From assembly GCA_052327205.1 (NCBI GenBank), contig CM126207.1, positions 62,868,001-62,932,000 of the forward strand: DNA of 64,000 nucleotides, read 5' to 3'. Below the pieces are notes generated by a model. It was not told where the DNA came from. It did no database searches and worked only from the letters and a program-made list of their open reading frames with translations. The stretch comes from Somniosus microcephalus. Lineage: Eukaryota. This document shows positions 38,428-50,697 of this stretch, one piece after another; the stretch's first letter is position 1; every line of letters starts with the position of its first letter. The position numbers and the translations under genes were made by a program.

Positions 38428-39537
38428 ATAGAAACATAGAAGATAGGAGCAGTAGGCCATTCGGCCCCTCGAGCCTGCTCCGCCATTCAATGAGATCATG
38501 GCTGATCATCCAAATTCAGTACCCTGTCCCTGCCTTCTCCCCATATCCCTTGATCCCTTTAGCCTCAAGAAATATATCCCTCTTTCTTGAATATATTTAA
38601 TGAACTGGCCTCCACCGCCCTCTGTGGTAGAGAATTCCACAGGTTCACCACTCTCTGGGTGAAGAAATTCCTCCTCATCTCAGTCCTAAATGGCTTACCC
38701 CTTATCCTTAGACTATGACCCCTGGTTCTGGACTCCCCAGCCATCGGAAACATCCTTCCTGCATCTAGTCTGTCCAGGCCTGACAGAATTTTATAGGTTT
38801 CGATGAGATCCCCTCTCAATCTTCTAAACTCCAGTGAGTATAAGCCCAATCGACACAATCTCTCATACATCATTCCTGCCATCCCAGGTCCAGCCTGGTG
38901 AATCTTCGCTGCACTCCTTCCATGGCAAGAACATCCTTCCTCAGATAAGGCGACCAAAACTGCACACAATACTCAAGGTGCGGTCTCACCAAGGCCCTGT
39001 ACAACTGCAGCAAGACATCCTTGTTCCTGTACTCGAACCCTCTTGCTACGAAGGCCAACATACCATTTGCCTTCTTAACCGCCTGCTGCGCCTGCATGCT
39101 TACCTTCAGCGACTGGTGCACAAGAACACACAAGTCTCTTTGCACTTCCCCTTCTCCCAATCTATTGCCATTCAAATAATAATCTGCCTTCCTGTTTTTG
39201 CCACCAAAGTGGATAACCTCACATTTATCCACATTATAGTGCATTTGCCATGTTTCTGCCCAATCGCCCAACCTGTCCAAATTGTACTGGAGTTTCACGA
39301 CATCCTTCTCACAGTATACCCTCCCACCCAGCTTTGTGTCATCTGCAAATTTGGAGATATTACATCCAATTCCCTTGTCCAGATCATTAATATATATTGT
39401 GAACAGCTGGGGTCCTAGGACCGATCCTTGAGGTACCCCACTAGTCACTGCCTGCCACTCGGAAAACGACCCATTTATTCCAACTCTTTGCTTTCTATCT
39501 GCCAACCAGTTCTCTATCCAAGTCAATACCTTGCCCC
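38428..39537 (-). mobile_element. 5'-truncated CR1, same subfamily as CR1 C
   Basis: Nearly identical to 9367-10485. Confidence 0.93.
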
Positions 39538-39771
39538 TAAGTAAGGCTGAGGATTTTAGAATTCAGCAAAGGAGGACCAAGAAATTGATAAAGAAAGGGA
39601 AAATAGAATGAGAGTAAACTAGCAAGAGACATAAAAACAGACTGTAAAAGCTTCTATAGATATGTAAAAAGGAAAAGATTAGCAAAAGTAAATGTAGGTC
39701 CCTTACAGACTGAGACAGGAGAAATTATAATGGGGAATAAGGAAATGGCTGAGAAATTAAACAAATACTTT

Positions 39772-40605
39772 GAGCTGGATTTTACCAGCCTTGAGGAGGT
39801 GAATTTGGAGGCGGGGCCGCTGGGAAAATAAAAAAAAATGGGAGCGGGTCCCAAACCCGCTCCCAACCCGCCTCCAACCAATCTTCCCGGGAGTCGGGTC
39901 CCTGATTTGCACAGGGACCCAACTCCTAGTGGTGGGAAGAGGATTATAGCCACTTAACTGCCTGTTAACAGGTAGTTAACAGGCAGTTACGAGGCTTTTT
40001 CCAATTTTTAGACTTCTGCTGCGGGCTTCCCGACGTCAGGGAACTGTGCCAGGGTAAGTGAGGTGTGTTGTGGGTCTGTTGTACTGTTGGTGTACAGATG
40101 ACAGCTGCAGAAGTAGTGTGAAGGATGCAATGGGACACTGGTGAGTATCAGAGGTAATGAAATGTTGGGAAAGTCACTTTTAATGTGTTTAGATTTTTCT
40201 GTAGGTGACAAGCTTTGAAGTGTTTGTGTGGCCTCACCTCAATGGGAGAAGTGACAGAACGCTTCTGTACCCTCACCTGCAGCTGCCATCTGTTTCATCC
40301 TAAGGAAAGAGTCACTGTAGAGCCTGGGTGCAAGGGCTCACCTTTGTGCAGTGATTGTCAGTGTTTGATAGCACCTCAATGCTGTCAAACACTGTCAAAT
40401 CATGTCAAAAATTTATGGTTCATGTGCCTTTAAGAAAATCGGCAGATGAAGCGTCATCAACTGACGTCATCTGACACCGGCTTTCCCTTAATTGGCCAAT
40501 CAGGGGAAAATAGCGTCTGTGCGTCGGACGTCGCTGGGGGCGGGACTAGAACCCGGAAGGCAGCAGTTCCGCCCCCAACACGTCTCAGTGAGTAAAATCC
40601 AGCCC
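39772..40605. mobile_element. Non-autonomous Harbinger element (834 bp)
   Basis: TTT TSD; ends GAGCTGGATTTTAC / GTAAAATCCAGCCC. Confidence 0.9.
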
Positions 40606-41776
40606 TTTGTGTCTGTCTTCACAGAAGAAGACGCAAAAAACTTCCCAGAAATAGAGGACAACCAAAGGTCTAGTGAGAAGGAGGAACTGAAAGAAATTAG
40701 TATTAGTAAAAAAGTAGTACTGGAGAAATTAATGGGACTAAAAGCCGATAAATCCCCTGGACCTGATAGCCTACATCCTAGGGTTTTGAAAGAGTTGGCT
40801 ATAGAGATAGTGGATGCATTGGTTGTCATTTTCCAAAATTCCATAGATTCTAGAAATGGTTCCCGCAAATTGGAAGGTAGCAAATGTAATCCCACTATTT
40901 AAGAAAGGAGGGAGAGAAAAAACAGGGAACTACAGATCAGTAGTAGGGAAAATGCTAGAATCTATTATTAAGGACGTGGTAACAGGGCACTTAGAAAATA
41001 ATAATAGTCAACACAGATTTATGAAAGGGAAATCGTGTTTGACAAAGCGAGTTTTTTGAGGTTGTAACTAACAGAATAGATAAAGGGGAACCAGTGGATG
41101 TGGTGTATTTGGATTTTCAGAAGATATTCGATAAGGTGCCACACAAGAGGTTATTAAACAAAATTAGGGCTCATGCAATTGGGGGTAATATACTAACAAG
41201 GATTGAGGATTGGTTAACGGATAGAAAACAGAGAGTAGGAATAAACGGGTCATTTTCGGGTTGACAGGCTGTAACTAGTGGGATCAGTGCTTGGGCCTCA
41301 GCTATTCACAATCTACATCAATGGTTTGGATGAGGGAACCAAATGTAATATATCCAAGTTTGCTGATGATACAAAGCTGGGTGGGAATGTAAGTTGTGAG
41401 GAGGATGCAAGGAGACTTCAAGGGGATATAGACAGGCTAAGTGAGTGGGCAAGAACATGGCAAATGGAATATAATGTGGAGAAATGGGAAATTATCCACT
41501 TTGGTAGGAAAAATAGAAAAGCAGAATATTTTCTAAATGGTGAGAGATTGGGATATGTTGGTGTTCAAAGGGACCTGGGTGTCCTCGTATACAAATCACT
41601 GAAAGTTAACATGCAGGTACAGCAAGCAATTAGGAAAGCAAATGGTATGATGGCCTTTATTACAAGAGGATTTGAGTGTAAGAGTTAAGACGTCTTACAG
41701 CATATATAGGGCCCTGGTGAGACCACACCTGGAATATTGTGTACAGTTTTGGTCTCCTTACCTAAGGAAGGACATA

Positions 41777-42125
41777 CAGGAAACTTTGGTTTATCCGGAG
41801 GTTGTATGTCCGGAAACCTCGATCTAACGGCAGAAATCAGCAGCCGTTTTGGTTAGGTTTTTTTTTCTTCTCCTAGCATTTTTTTTTTTTTTTTTTAAAA
41901 ACAGTCAGGCTCTGGAAAGCGTCTCTGTAGCTTCGCAACAGCTTCAGAGATGCTTCCAAGGTATGGGCCGAGTGTTTACAAGCTGTTGCTAAGCAACAGT
42001 GTTTGTTGTCAGATACGGAGATGAAAACCTCCGTATCCTTCAACATTAGCGCTGGTCTATCCGGAAGTTTTGATAGATCGGCAGCAGCTCGGTCCCGTCG
42101 GTGCCGGATATCGCGAAGTTTCCTG
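41777..42125. mobile_element. Tigger/pogo-like MITE
   Basis: TA TSD; ends CAGGAAACTT / AAGTTTCCTG. Confidence 0.88.
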
Positions 42126-43021
42126 TACTTGCCATAGAGGGAGTGCAACAAAGGTTCACCAGACTGGTTCCTGGGATGGGTGGATTGTCCTATGAGGAGA
42201 GATTGAGTAGACTAGGCCTTTTTTCTTTAGAGTTTAGAAGAATGAGGTAATCTCATTGAAACATACAAAATTCTTACAGGGCTTGTCAGGGTAGCTGCAG
42301 GGAGGATGTTTCACCTGGCTGGGGAGTCTAGAACCAGGGATCACAGTGTCAGAATAAGGGGTCGGCCATTTAGGACTGAGATGAGAAGAAATTTCTTCAC
42401 TCAGAGGGTGGTGAATCTTTGGAATTCTCTACCCCAGAGGGCTGTGGAGGCTCAGTCATTGAGCATATTCAAGATAAAGATCGATAGATTTTTGAATATT
42501 AAGGGAATCAAGGGATATGGGGATAGTGCAGGAATGTGGAGATGAGGTAGATGATCGGCCTTGATTTTATTGAATGGCGGAGCAGGCTCGAAGGGTCCTG
42601 CTCCTATTTCTTATGTTCTTATCCAAAAAACTGTGTGAATTAGACAAGATTGAAAGTAAATTAACAGTGAAAAGAACACCTAACCAAGATAAGTAAACAA
42701 ACAAATAAAATGGTACCTGACTTCATTAACAAATTCTGAAAATAATTTCTTAGTGATAAGCATGTATTAAGTCAATGCCAGGTCAGGAATTTTAATAATG
42801 GATGGTCATCCATTAATGGAATTTGGATGTGATATAATTAAGAACCAGGTAGTCACTGAAATTCCAATAAAGTTGGAACCAAAACCTGATGACAATCAAG
42901 CCACTATATTTAAGTGTTTTGAAAGACAAATCTAAATGAGTCAAGAAACTAGCATTCCAAATTTGATTGATAGTCAAGCTACTTGACAGGAAAAAAGATC
43001 TCAGTTTCTGATTATGATATA

Positions 43022-43356
43022 CAGGAAACTCTCGATTTACCGGCACCTAAATAACCGGAAATCTCTGTTAACCGGCAAAATTCAGGAGTAGGTTCAGGTA
43101 AGTTTTACTTCATTTTAGTGGCCGTTCCTGGATTTGTGGCTGTGTAATCGGGGTTCCTGCACTTGTTGCTAAGCAACAGGGACGCCTGGTCTGTGGCCGG
43201 GCTTCTTGCACCTGTTGCTAAGCAACAGGGAAGCCTGGATTTGTTGCTGTGTACGGAGCTCTCGTACCTTTTAATTATGCCGCTCTGTAATCCGGACTTT
43301 TTGATAAACCGGCACCACGCCGGTCCCGTCGGTGCCGGATAAAAAAGAGTTTCCTG
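43022..43356. mobile_element. Tigger/pogo-like MITE related to 41777-42125
   Basis: TA TSD; ends CAGGAAACTC / GAGTTTCCTG; shared CGGTCCCGTCGGTGCCGGATA. Confidence 0.88.
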
Positions 43357-43464
43357 TATGAGGAAGTGATTCTACTTTAGCTGAGGCAGTTGTTAGTTTG
43401 TTTAGCAATTGGGTTTTTGTTTTATAAGATTATGTGGCTCGGTGTCAAATTTTGTTCGATAATT

Positions 43465-43530
43465 AATTGCTCCTGTGAAGCGCCTTGGGATGTTTTACTA
43501 GGTTAAATATAAGTGCAAGTTGTTGCTGAA
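43465..43530 (+). mobile_element. SINE/L2-type 3' tail fragment
   Basis: TGTGAAGCGCCTTGGGATGTTTTAC...GCAAGTTGTTG resembles L2/DeuSINE tails. Confidence 0.55.
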
Positions 43531-44260
43531 CTCTTAATTGAATAGTGGAATTAGAGAGGTCACCTGGAGAGAATAAGAGTGAAAGAGAATGCAAGAATAT
43601 GAATACGCTGGTGGTAATAAAACCTCCAACCCACTGTGAGCAGCACCATGGGAGAACTGTGTGTGTTTGTGTAATCACACAATGAATTCATCAACACTAA
43701 TATCAGTCATTCTTCAGACTACTCTAGTCAGTGAAATAAAATATAGTGACACAACCAGTATTTATCAATTTTCTCTACTCTCCTTGGCAACAAATTAACT
43801 CCAAAAATCAATCCATTGCAGTTGTCAGAATTAATGGAAAAATTAATACCCAGCATCTTGCAATGATTGCTATACTTGGACAGTTACTTTAAATTCTGCT
43901 TTTTGTTTGATTAGACTTTTATGTTCAATTCCTGTAAACATTTTTCAAATAAACTCAAAATCAAACCAGCTTTATCAGTATGGTTTTAGTTGTAAGATGC
44001 ATGTGTCACATTGCTTTCTACAGTTCTAAAAGAGTAAAAAATTCAAGTTTTATAATTCTTGACCTTCAAAGCAAAAATGGAAAATAAAAATTGTTCACAG
44101 CAGCATTTTCAGATACCATTTGACATAGGAACATTTTAACCCAACAGAACTCTACAGTATTTCCTTATGTAATGAATAATATTTCGGTTAGGATACATCT
44201 CCCTCCAAATTTTCAACGTCAGATCGGTTATTTATGGCAGTCACTTCCTGAATTACCTAC

Positions 44261-44334
44261 CTGCATAAAGAATCCAGTTATGAATGAAACCAAAAATGGC
44301 TGTAGTCCAGCATGTGCAACGGCACCGGGCAACC
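44261..44334 (-). CDS. Host gene internal exon B (74 nt, phase 1-0): (G)LPGAVAHAGLQPFLVSFITGFFMQ
   Basis: Acceptor poly-T...tattattgcag and donor CAG|gtaggt. Phase-compatible with both neighbouring exons; hydrophobic TM2. Confidence 0.9.
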
Positions 44335-44382
44335 CTGCAATAATAAAAAAAAAAATGCTGTTCACAACTTTTCAGACATAAT

Positions 44383-45018
44383 GGGCCCGATATTTACGGA
44401 GAACCGGGGAGGGTGCGGAGATCACAGTAGCGCGAGGATAACCCGGCAAGGCCGGGACACAGAGGTCCTGCCGAATGTAGCTGGACCTCACTATAATTTT
44501 TCTCTTCTGTTTCCTGCCTGGCAGCTGGCCAATTTGACAGACTGGCTGGCTGCCGGGCGGGAAAATCAGTGTCAGGAGGCTGCAGCCTTGAGGACCGTCC
44601 CCGGGAAGCGGGAGGGGGAGGGAGCGAGAGATCGGGGCTTGGGGAGGGCTAGATATGGAAGATGGCATTTGGCAGAAAGATACATTGGAAATAATTGACC
44701 ACTGTAATCTTTTTAAAACCAATGAATTTTTCCAAAGCATTACTCATGGTAAGTCAGTTTGTGCTCTCTGCCACCAATTTTTGTTGGCTACGTTGGTGGT
44801 TTTATCTATCACTGTGGTTTTTTGTTTCATTAGAGACTGATCTGCATATTTAAATACCCCGTTGGTGTCTGGTGGGTGTCCTTCCCACTTACTCAGAAGA
44901 GCAGGTTAAAATTGGAACCTGCGGGGAGTCAGTGGGACCGAGGTGGGTAAGTCCCATGGGCAATTTTAACTGCCCGCCCACCCAGTTACCACCAAGTGAG
45001 CAAAGTTAAAATCATCCT
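44383..45018. mobile_element. Old Harbinger-type MITE, 48 bp from host exon B
   Basis: Starts GGGCCCGATATTTA; decayed right end AAAATCATCC; GC-rich interior. Confidence 0.55.
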
Positions 45019-45269
45019 TCTCTGTCTGATTTCTCTGAGCAAAGCTTTAAGTAATTTCATTCATTAGTAATAGTTAAATTGTAAAATGAACCTTAAAAAA
45101 ATGAACATTTGTCCTCCAGCGTGTTTTGCAATCAAAAGAGAAAAAAAAGAAAATGCACTGAGAAAATCCTGCTGATTCATGTTGGAAAATTGCACATATT
45201 GGGGTAAATTTTCATCTTCACTGCCTGGGTGGTAATTTGGCTGCCCATTGTAGAACCCACCTGATTTTC

Positions 45270-45712
45270 TTTTATTCATTGAATATGGGCATCGCTGGCA
45301 TTTAGTGCCCATCCCTAATTGCCCTTGAGAAGGTGATGGTAAGCCTTCTTGAACCATGGTGTGGTGAAGGTACTCCCACAGTGACTTTGTCGTAGCAGTT
45401 TGATACAACTGAGTGGCTTGCTAAGCCATTTCAGAGGGCAGTTAAGAGTCAACTACATTGCTGTGGCTCTGGAGTCACATAAGGCCAGACCAAGTAAGGA
45501 CAGCAGATTTCCTTCCCTTAAGGCCATTTTACAACAATCCAGTAGTTTCATGGCGATTACTGAACATTACCAATATGAGCTTCTATATTCCATTTTTATT
45601 CAATTAACTGAATTAAAATTCTTTAGCTGCCATGGTGGGATTTGAACTCACAACTCAAGTCCAGGCTCTGGATTACTAGTCCCAAAACATAAGCACTATG
45701 CTGCCGTTCCCC
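45270..45712 (-). mobile_element. tRNA-derived SINE
   Basis: Minus head GGCAGCATAGTG...GAGTTCAAATCCCACC (box-B-like); A-rich end near 45270. Confidence 0.65.
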
Positions 45713-45988
45713 ATTGATGAAGATGAACATTTATCCCACTCAGGCTGCAGCATTTCCCTAAAGCTGACAGAGAGATTGCTCTAATTTTTCAAGGCAAGCG
45801 CTTCCACTTTATTTCAACATGACAAAACCACATTGGAAAGCAGACCTTTATTTTTGTTGGCTAGTAGTTGCAAAATTTGAAGAATCAGCAGCCTTTAAAG
45901 GAAGCTGCTCATGACGAAAGGGAAGCTCACTATTTTCTCAGCCCAATACTGAAGGGAGGTATAAAAGTAAATATGTGCAATGAAACCT

Positions 45989-46060
45989 GCACCTAAGATT
46001 CCTATAACTTAGCACCTAAGATTCCTATAATTTAGCACCTAAGATTCCTATAATTTAGCA
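45989..46060 (+). repeat. 23-bp tandem repeat x3
   Basis: GCACCTAAGATTCCTATAAYTTA at 45989, 46012 and 46035. Confidence 0.92.
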
Positions 46061-46849
46061 ATCACTCCTTCAAGGTTTTGCCACAGGAGATACAGTAAAG
46101 GAGGTATTAAAGTTTTTGACCTTTACCTCTTGGCTTCAGGGTCCCAAGACCACGCCTGCAGGTGAGCCACTGCTCCATATAAACCAGAATAATACATTAC
46201 CTGCCCAATATCTAGGTAATTTGTAGAAAACCCATGAATTGAACAGAAAACCCTCATCACTGCCTTTCAGCTTACTAGTTATATCACATGCTCGCACATG
46301 ATGTACTTTGATCTTGGAAGGCAGTAGAATAAACAATTCACTAGACTGAAACTTAAGGTAAAGGATTTACTTGACAGTAAATTGATATGTGAACAGTAGC
46401 AATGATGCACTATAGATTTACAGTAGTAACAGGCTTAACTATCCCTCCTCAGAAGATAGAAAATAGCAAACAGTTGCATCTGCTGCACTTAAGTGGACCA
46501 GATACAAGGTCCCTGAATAGTAACCATTATGAGAGAGTTTGGTGCTGACTGTTCGCAGAGTCTTTTTTTAGCCTATCTCTCTCTCTAAATGCTTCAGATA
46601 ACTCAGTTTGAACAAGAAAAAAATGAGAAATACTTTTCAAAATTTTATTGAGACAAAGGAAATTTAAATTATATCTCTGAAACTCAAAAGGAGCAGCCAA
46701 TGCAACATGTACACAAATAAAAGCCACAAGATCATGTATTTGAACTGCATAGCTTGAAGGCTCTCTCAGATACAACATCTGTATTCTGGGGCTATTGAGT
46801 ATCAACACAGACTGGGTCACTGTCTGTAATTACTACTAATACTAAATTC

Positions 46850-49050
46850 CCATCCGTTAGCGGAGCAGCAACGCTGGGACCTATTGAATTCACTATCATT
46901 GTTATCGGTTCTGAACTAACCTGGCCGCTTCAGTCATCTGTATCCCTTTCTGTGACAAGTCACTCTTGACATTGTTCATCCACTGCTTCCTTGGTCTTCT
47001 TGCTCCATGTATCTCTGTATGCAGAGCCATGAAGAGCATTCCAGCTGTTTCCATTCTTGAAACGTGCCCAAGCCATCAAAGTCGCCTTTCTTGGAACTCG
47101 TGTATAAGCATTGTTTCTTATCCAAGCCATGTTCTTATTATATCATTTTTGATTCTTTATATCCTGGATACTCCCGGTATTCCTCTCAACCAACTCATCT
47201 CTGCTGTTATGTTCCAATATCCTTCAAGTCCAATATCATCGTTTAGTGCAAGATTCATTGGCCCGGGATTTGCAGCTCACTGTTATTGCCCCTTTGAAAG
47301 TGACCGCAACTTCAGATGTAGCGCACGCGCATCCTAAAACAGAAATCCTGAAGTTGCAGTCAGTCATTCACTGCTCCGACACTGGCAGCACTGTGGTCCC
47401 TGCACCCCTGCACCCCCCCATAACCAGCAATCAGTAATGAGGGAAATCAGTGAAACTGATGAAAACTTCGGCTTTTCTGCGGTAATATCGCTGTTAAAGA
47501 CCCCATTAAAAGTTAGACCTTGTTCGATTAGGTGTAACTGGGGTTTTAACAGCATATTGACTTTTTAATTTTGTGGAGTGTCAGATTTCTCCATTTTAAT
47601 AAAAATTACAATTTTTAAGAAACTTAAAAAAAAAATGTTTTTAAAAGTTTGTTCATATTTATTTCAGGTTTACCTTTTCCCCATGTGAAAGCCCCAATCT
47701 TTGTTTTGCTCTCTATAACATTTTTAAAAGTTAGAATAAAAGTAGCTTCTTCACTTCCTGGTCTGTGAAAATTCTGCATAGTGATTGGCTACTAAGACAG
47801 CTTGTTGACATCATAGCAGCTTGCGCTATGGAATTCCCACTACACTACACTGATCTCAATTGAACGCCGAAAAAGCCAAACTTCTCATCACAGAGATCGT
47901 GAGATCTTTGTGGGAAACTTTCTTCGCTACTGACTGTAAATTATGAGCCATTACTGCTTCCAGTACTAGATTAAATAAATCAAGTGATTGTGTAATCCTT
48001 GTCTCACTCTAACTGTTGATATAAACCATTCTGTTCGTTTCCTATCCAATCTAAAAGTGTTCAGGGACTTGTTATAGATGTTTTTTATCAGTCTGATAGG
48101 TTTCTCAGGAATACTATAGATCCTCAAGACATGCCATATCCCTTCTCACCATGCACTGTAAAAGGTATGCTTAAAATCTACAAAGTTGTAACAATGGATG
48201 TTGTGTTCGATAAATTTCTCCAAAATCTATCTTATCACAACCAGTTGATCTATTATACTTCATCCTGGCCTAAAACCAGCTTGTTCTTCAATAAGTATCA
48301 CCTCTACTATCTTTTCATTCTTCTCTGCAGTGTCTTAGGAAATACTTTTCCAGGTATGCTCAGTAAGCTGATTCTTCTGTAATTGCTGCATTCACTCTTG
48401 TCTCCTTTTTTGAAGATTGTTATTATTGTCGCCTTTCCCCAGTCTTCAGGTACTTGTTCTTCTTCGCGAATTTTGTTAAACAACTTTCGCATCACTATCC
48501 CATCCTTCACCCAGCTGCAACAGCTCTGCAGTTATATTATCAATACCAGGAGCCTGGCTCTTTTTCAAACTTACCAATACAAATCTTTACTTTGTCTTCC
48601 AAGAAATCCAGCATAAACACCCCTCCATTTGTACAGGGCAGTTTCTCCAGAACTGATTCATCCACCATGCTCTGTACATTGTATAGATTTTCAAAATATT
48701 CTTTCCACCGCTTGCTCCTCATCTGTTCGTCCTCAATTATATGACCATTTTGGTCTTTCACTGTAGCCATTTTAAGTTTGTAAGATTCACTTAGTTATCT
48801 TATCTTCCAGTACAGCCTGTCTTTTGGCATAATCTTCTGCTTCTTTTCACTGGCCGTTTATCCAATTGTTCTTGTCTCTCTTGGCTTTAAGCTTTATTTT
48901 TCTGGTTAAACTGTTGTATCTGGTCCTCATATTGGGATCTGCTTTACGCTCACTTTAAGTATTCTTTGATTTCACTGAGCCAATACTTGTTCTGCAGTTC
49001 TTAATATTCCATTTTTGATGATATTCCATATCTCTTCTACATCCATTTAT
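46850..49050 (-). mobile_element. Ancient RTE-like LINE remnant
   Basis: VPEDWGKATIITIFKKGDKSECSNYRRISLLSIPGKVF and RWKEYFENLYN fragments. Confidence 0.75.
47260..47949. mobile_element. Harbinger-type MITE in the RTE-like LINE
   Basis: ATT TSD; ends GGCCCGGGATTTGC / GTAAATTATGAGCC. Confidence 0.7.
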
Positions 49051-49746
49051 TCAGTTATTGCAGTTACAGTATTTCTCATGCAAGTCAAAAAGTTGTGGGT
49101 TCAAACAAAATCCTGAAAAGAGTCGGCAGACCCGGAGAAGGCAGAGGATAAAGAGCATGGGAGGCAGAGGACAGCGGACCTGAAAGGAGTCAGCAGCTCC
49201 GGAGAAGACAGAGGATAAAGAGCGCGGGAGGCCGAGGACAGAGGACCTGAAAGGAGTCGGCAGCCCCGGAGAAGGCAGAGGATAATTCAGAGCAGCTGAA
49301 GGCAGTTAAGTAGGGAAACTAGGCCTATAAAAACTGGCTTCGCAGTGCGATCTGCACTGAGTGCAGTTTGCACAGAGTGCTGAGAGTTGAGTGGGTGAGG
49401 GAGTTAGGTGGGAGAGAAGTGGAAGGAGGAGCTCGCTTGCTTCGCCTTTGCTTTCCCTAACTTTTTACTCTGTAGGATTTGGTTCTTACTTTACACCCAG
49501 GAAAGAGTCCGAGAGCAGGAGCAGTCAATCAACAACAACAACTGCAAAACCGCTAAAGTGACATCACAACCTAGGAAGGAGCTGATTGGTAAGTAGGACC
49601 TGGTGAGTATTTCTACAGTCCAGTCGTTAAAGTAAAAGTAAGGTCTCTAGTTTAGAGTGAGTAATGTTTAAAGCAAAGAAAGATCCCTAGTGTATTTAAT
49701 ATTCTTTAATTTAGAGGAAGTAAAGGGAGTAAATTAAGGGTAGGAC

Positions 49747-50697
49747 ATGGCAGGGCAGCTCGGCAGTGTGGAGTGCTCCTCCTGTGCTATGTGGGAAGTC
49801 AGGGACACATTCGGTGTCCAGGGCGAACACATGTGCAGGAAGTGTCTCCGGCTGCAGCTACTCGAAATCCGCATTTTGGAGCTGGAGCTGCGGCTGGAGT
49901 CACTGTGGAGCATCCGCGTGGTTGAGATCTTCGTGGATAGCACGTTTAACGAGGTGGTCATACCGCAGGTAAAGAGTGCACAGGCAGAAAGGGAATGGGT
50001 GACCACCAGACAGAGTAAAAGAACTAGGAAGGTAGTGCAAGTGTCCCCGGGGTCCATCTCCCTCTTCAACAGATTTTCCATTTTGGATATTGCTGGGGGA
50101 GATGGTTTCTCAGGGGAATGCAGCAAGAGCCAAGTCCGTGGCACTACGAGTGACTCAGCTGCACAGGAGGGGAGGAAAAAGAGTGGGAGAGCAATAGTGA
50201 TAGGGGATTCTATCCTAAGGGGAACAGATAGATGTTTCTGTGGCCGCAGACATGACTCCAGTATGGTATGTTGCCTCCCTAGTGCCAGGGTCAAGGATGT
50301 CACTGAGTGGCAGCAGGACATTCTGAAGGGGGATGGTGAACAGCCAGAGGTCGTGGTCCATATCGGTACCAACAACATAGGTAGAAAGAGGGACGAGGTC
50401 CTGCAAGCAGAATATAGGGAGCCAGAAGATAAATTAAAAAGCTGGACCTCAAAGGTAGTAATCTCAGGATTACTCCCAGTGCCACGTGCTAGCGCGAGCA
50501 GAAATAGGAGAATAGACCAGATGAATGCGTGGCTGGAGAGATGGTGTAGGAGGGAGGGATTTAAGTTCCTGAGGCATTGGGACCGATTCTGGGGAAGGTG
50601 GGACCTGTACAAGCTGGACGGGTTACACCTCGGCAGAATCGGGACCAATATCCTCAAAGGGGGGTTTTCTAGTGCTGTTGGGAATGATTTAAACTAG
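49747..50697 (+). CDS. CR1 E ORF1p, 316 aa, uninterrupted (Zn finger, coiled coil, SGNH esterase)
   Basis: CSSC...HMCRKC, IGDSILRG, HIGTNN, DGLHL. Confidence 0.88.
   Translation: MAGQLGSVECSSCAMWEVRDTFGVQGEHMCRKCLRLQLLEIRILELELRLESLWSIRVVEIFVDSTFNEVVIPQVKSAQAEREWVTTRQSKRTRKVVQVSPGSISLFNRFSILDIAGGDGFSGECSKSQVRGTTSDSAAQEGRKKSGRAIVIGDSILRGTDRCFCGRRHDSSMVCCLPSARVKDVTEWQQDILKGDGEQPEVVVHIGTNNIGRKRDEVLQAEYREPEDKLKSWTSKVVISGLLPVPRASASRNRRIDQMNAWLERWCRREGFKFLRHWDRFWGRWDLYKLDGLHLGRIGTNILKGGFSSAVGNDLN

Larger units (their letters stand above)
38172..42622 (+). mobile_element. 5'-truncated CR1 D (ORF2 remnant to 3' tail) with nested insertions
   Basis: RT fragments at 38172-38427, 39538-39771, 40606-41776 and 42126-42545; TTCTTATG tail. 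Confidence 0.9.

Noticed and set aside
46527-46606. Coiled-coil-like peptide LSEAFRERDRLKKDS as a host exon
   Set aside because: Poor GAG acceptor, ends in a stop, and exons A and B already join seamlessly across it.
49734-50657. 307-aa antisense ORF over CR1 ORF1 (similar ones at 6135-6662 and 34475-35227)
   Set aside because: Shadow frames of GC-rich coding sequence with no recognisable motifs.
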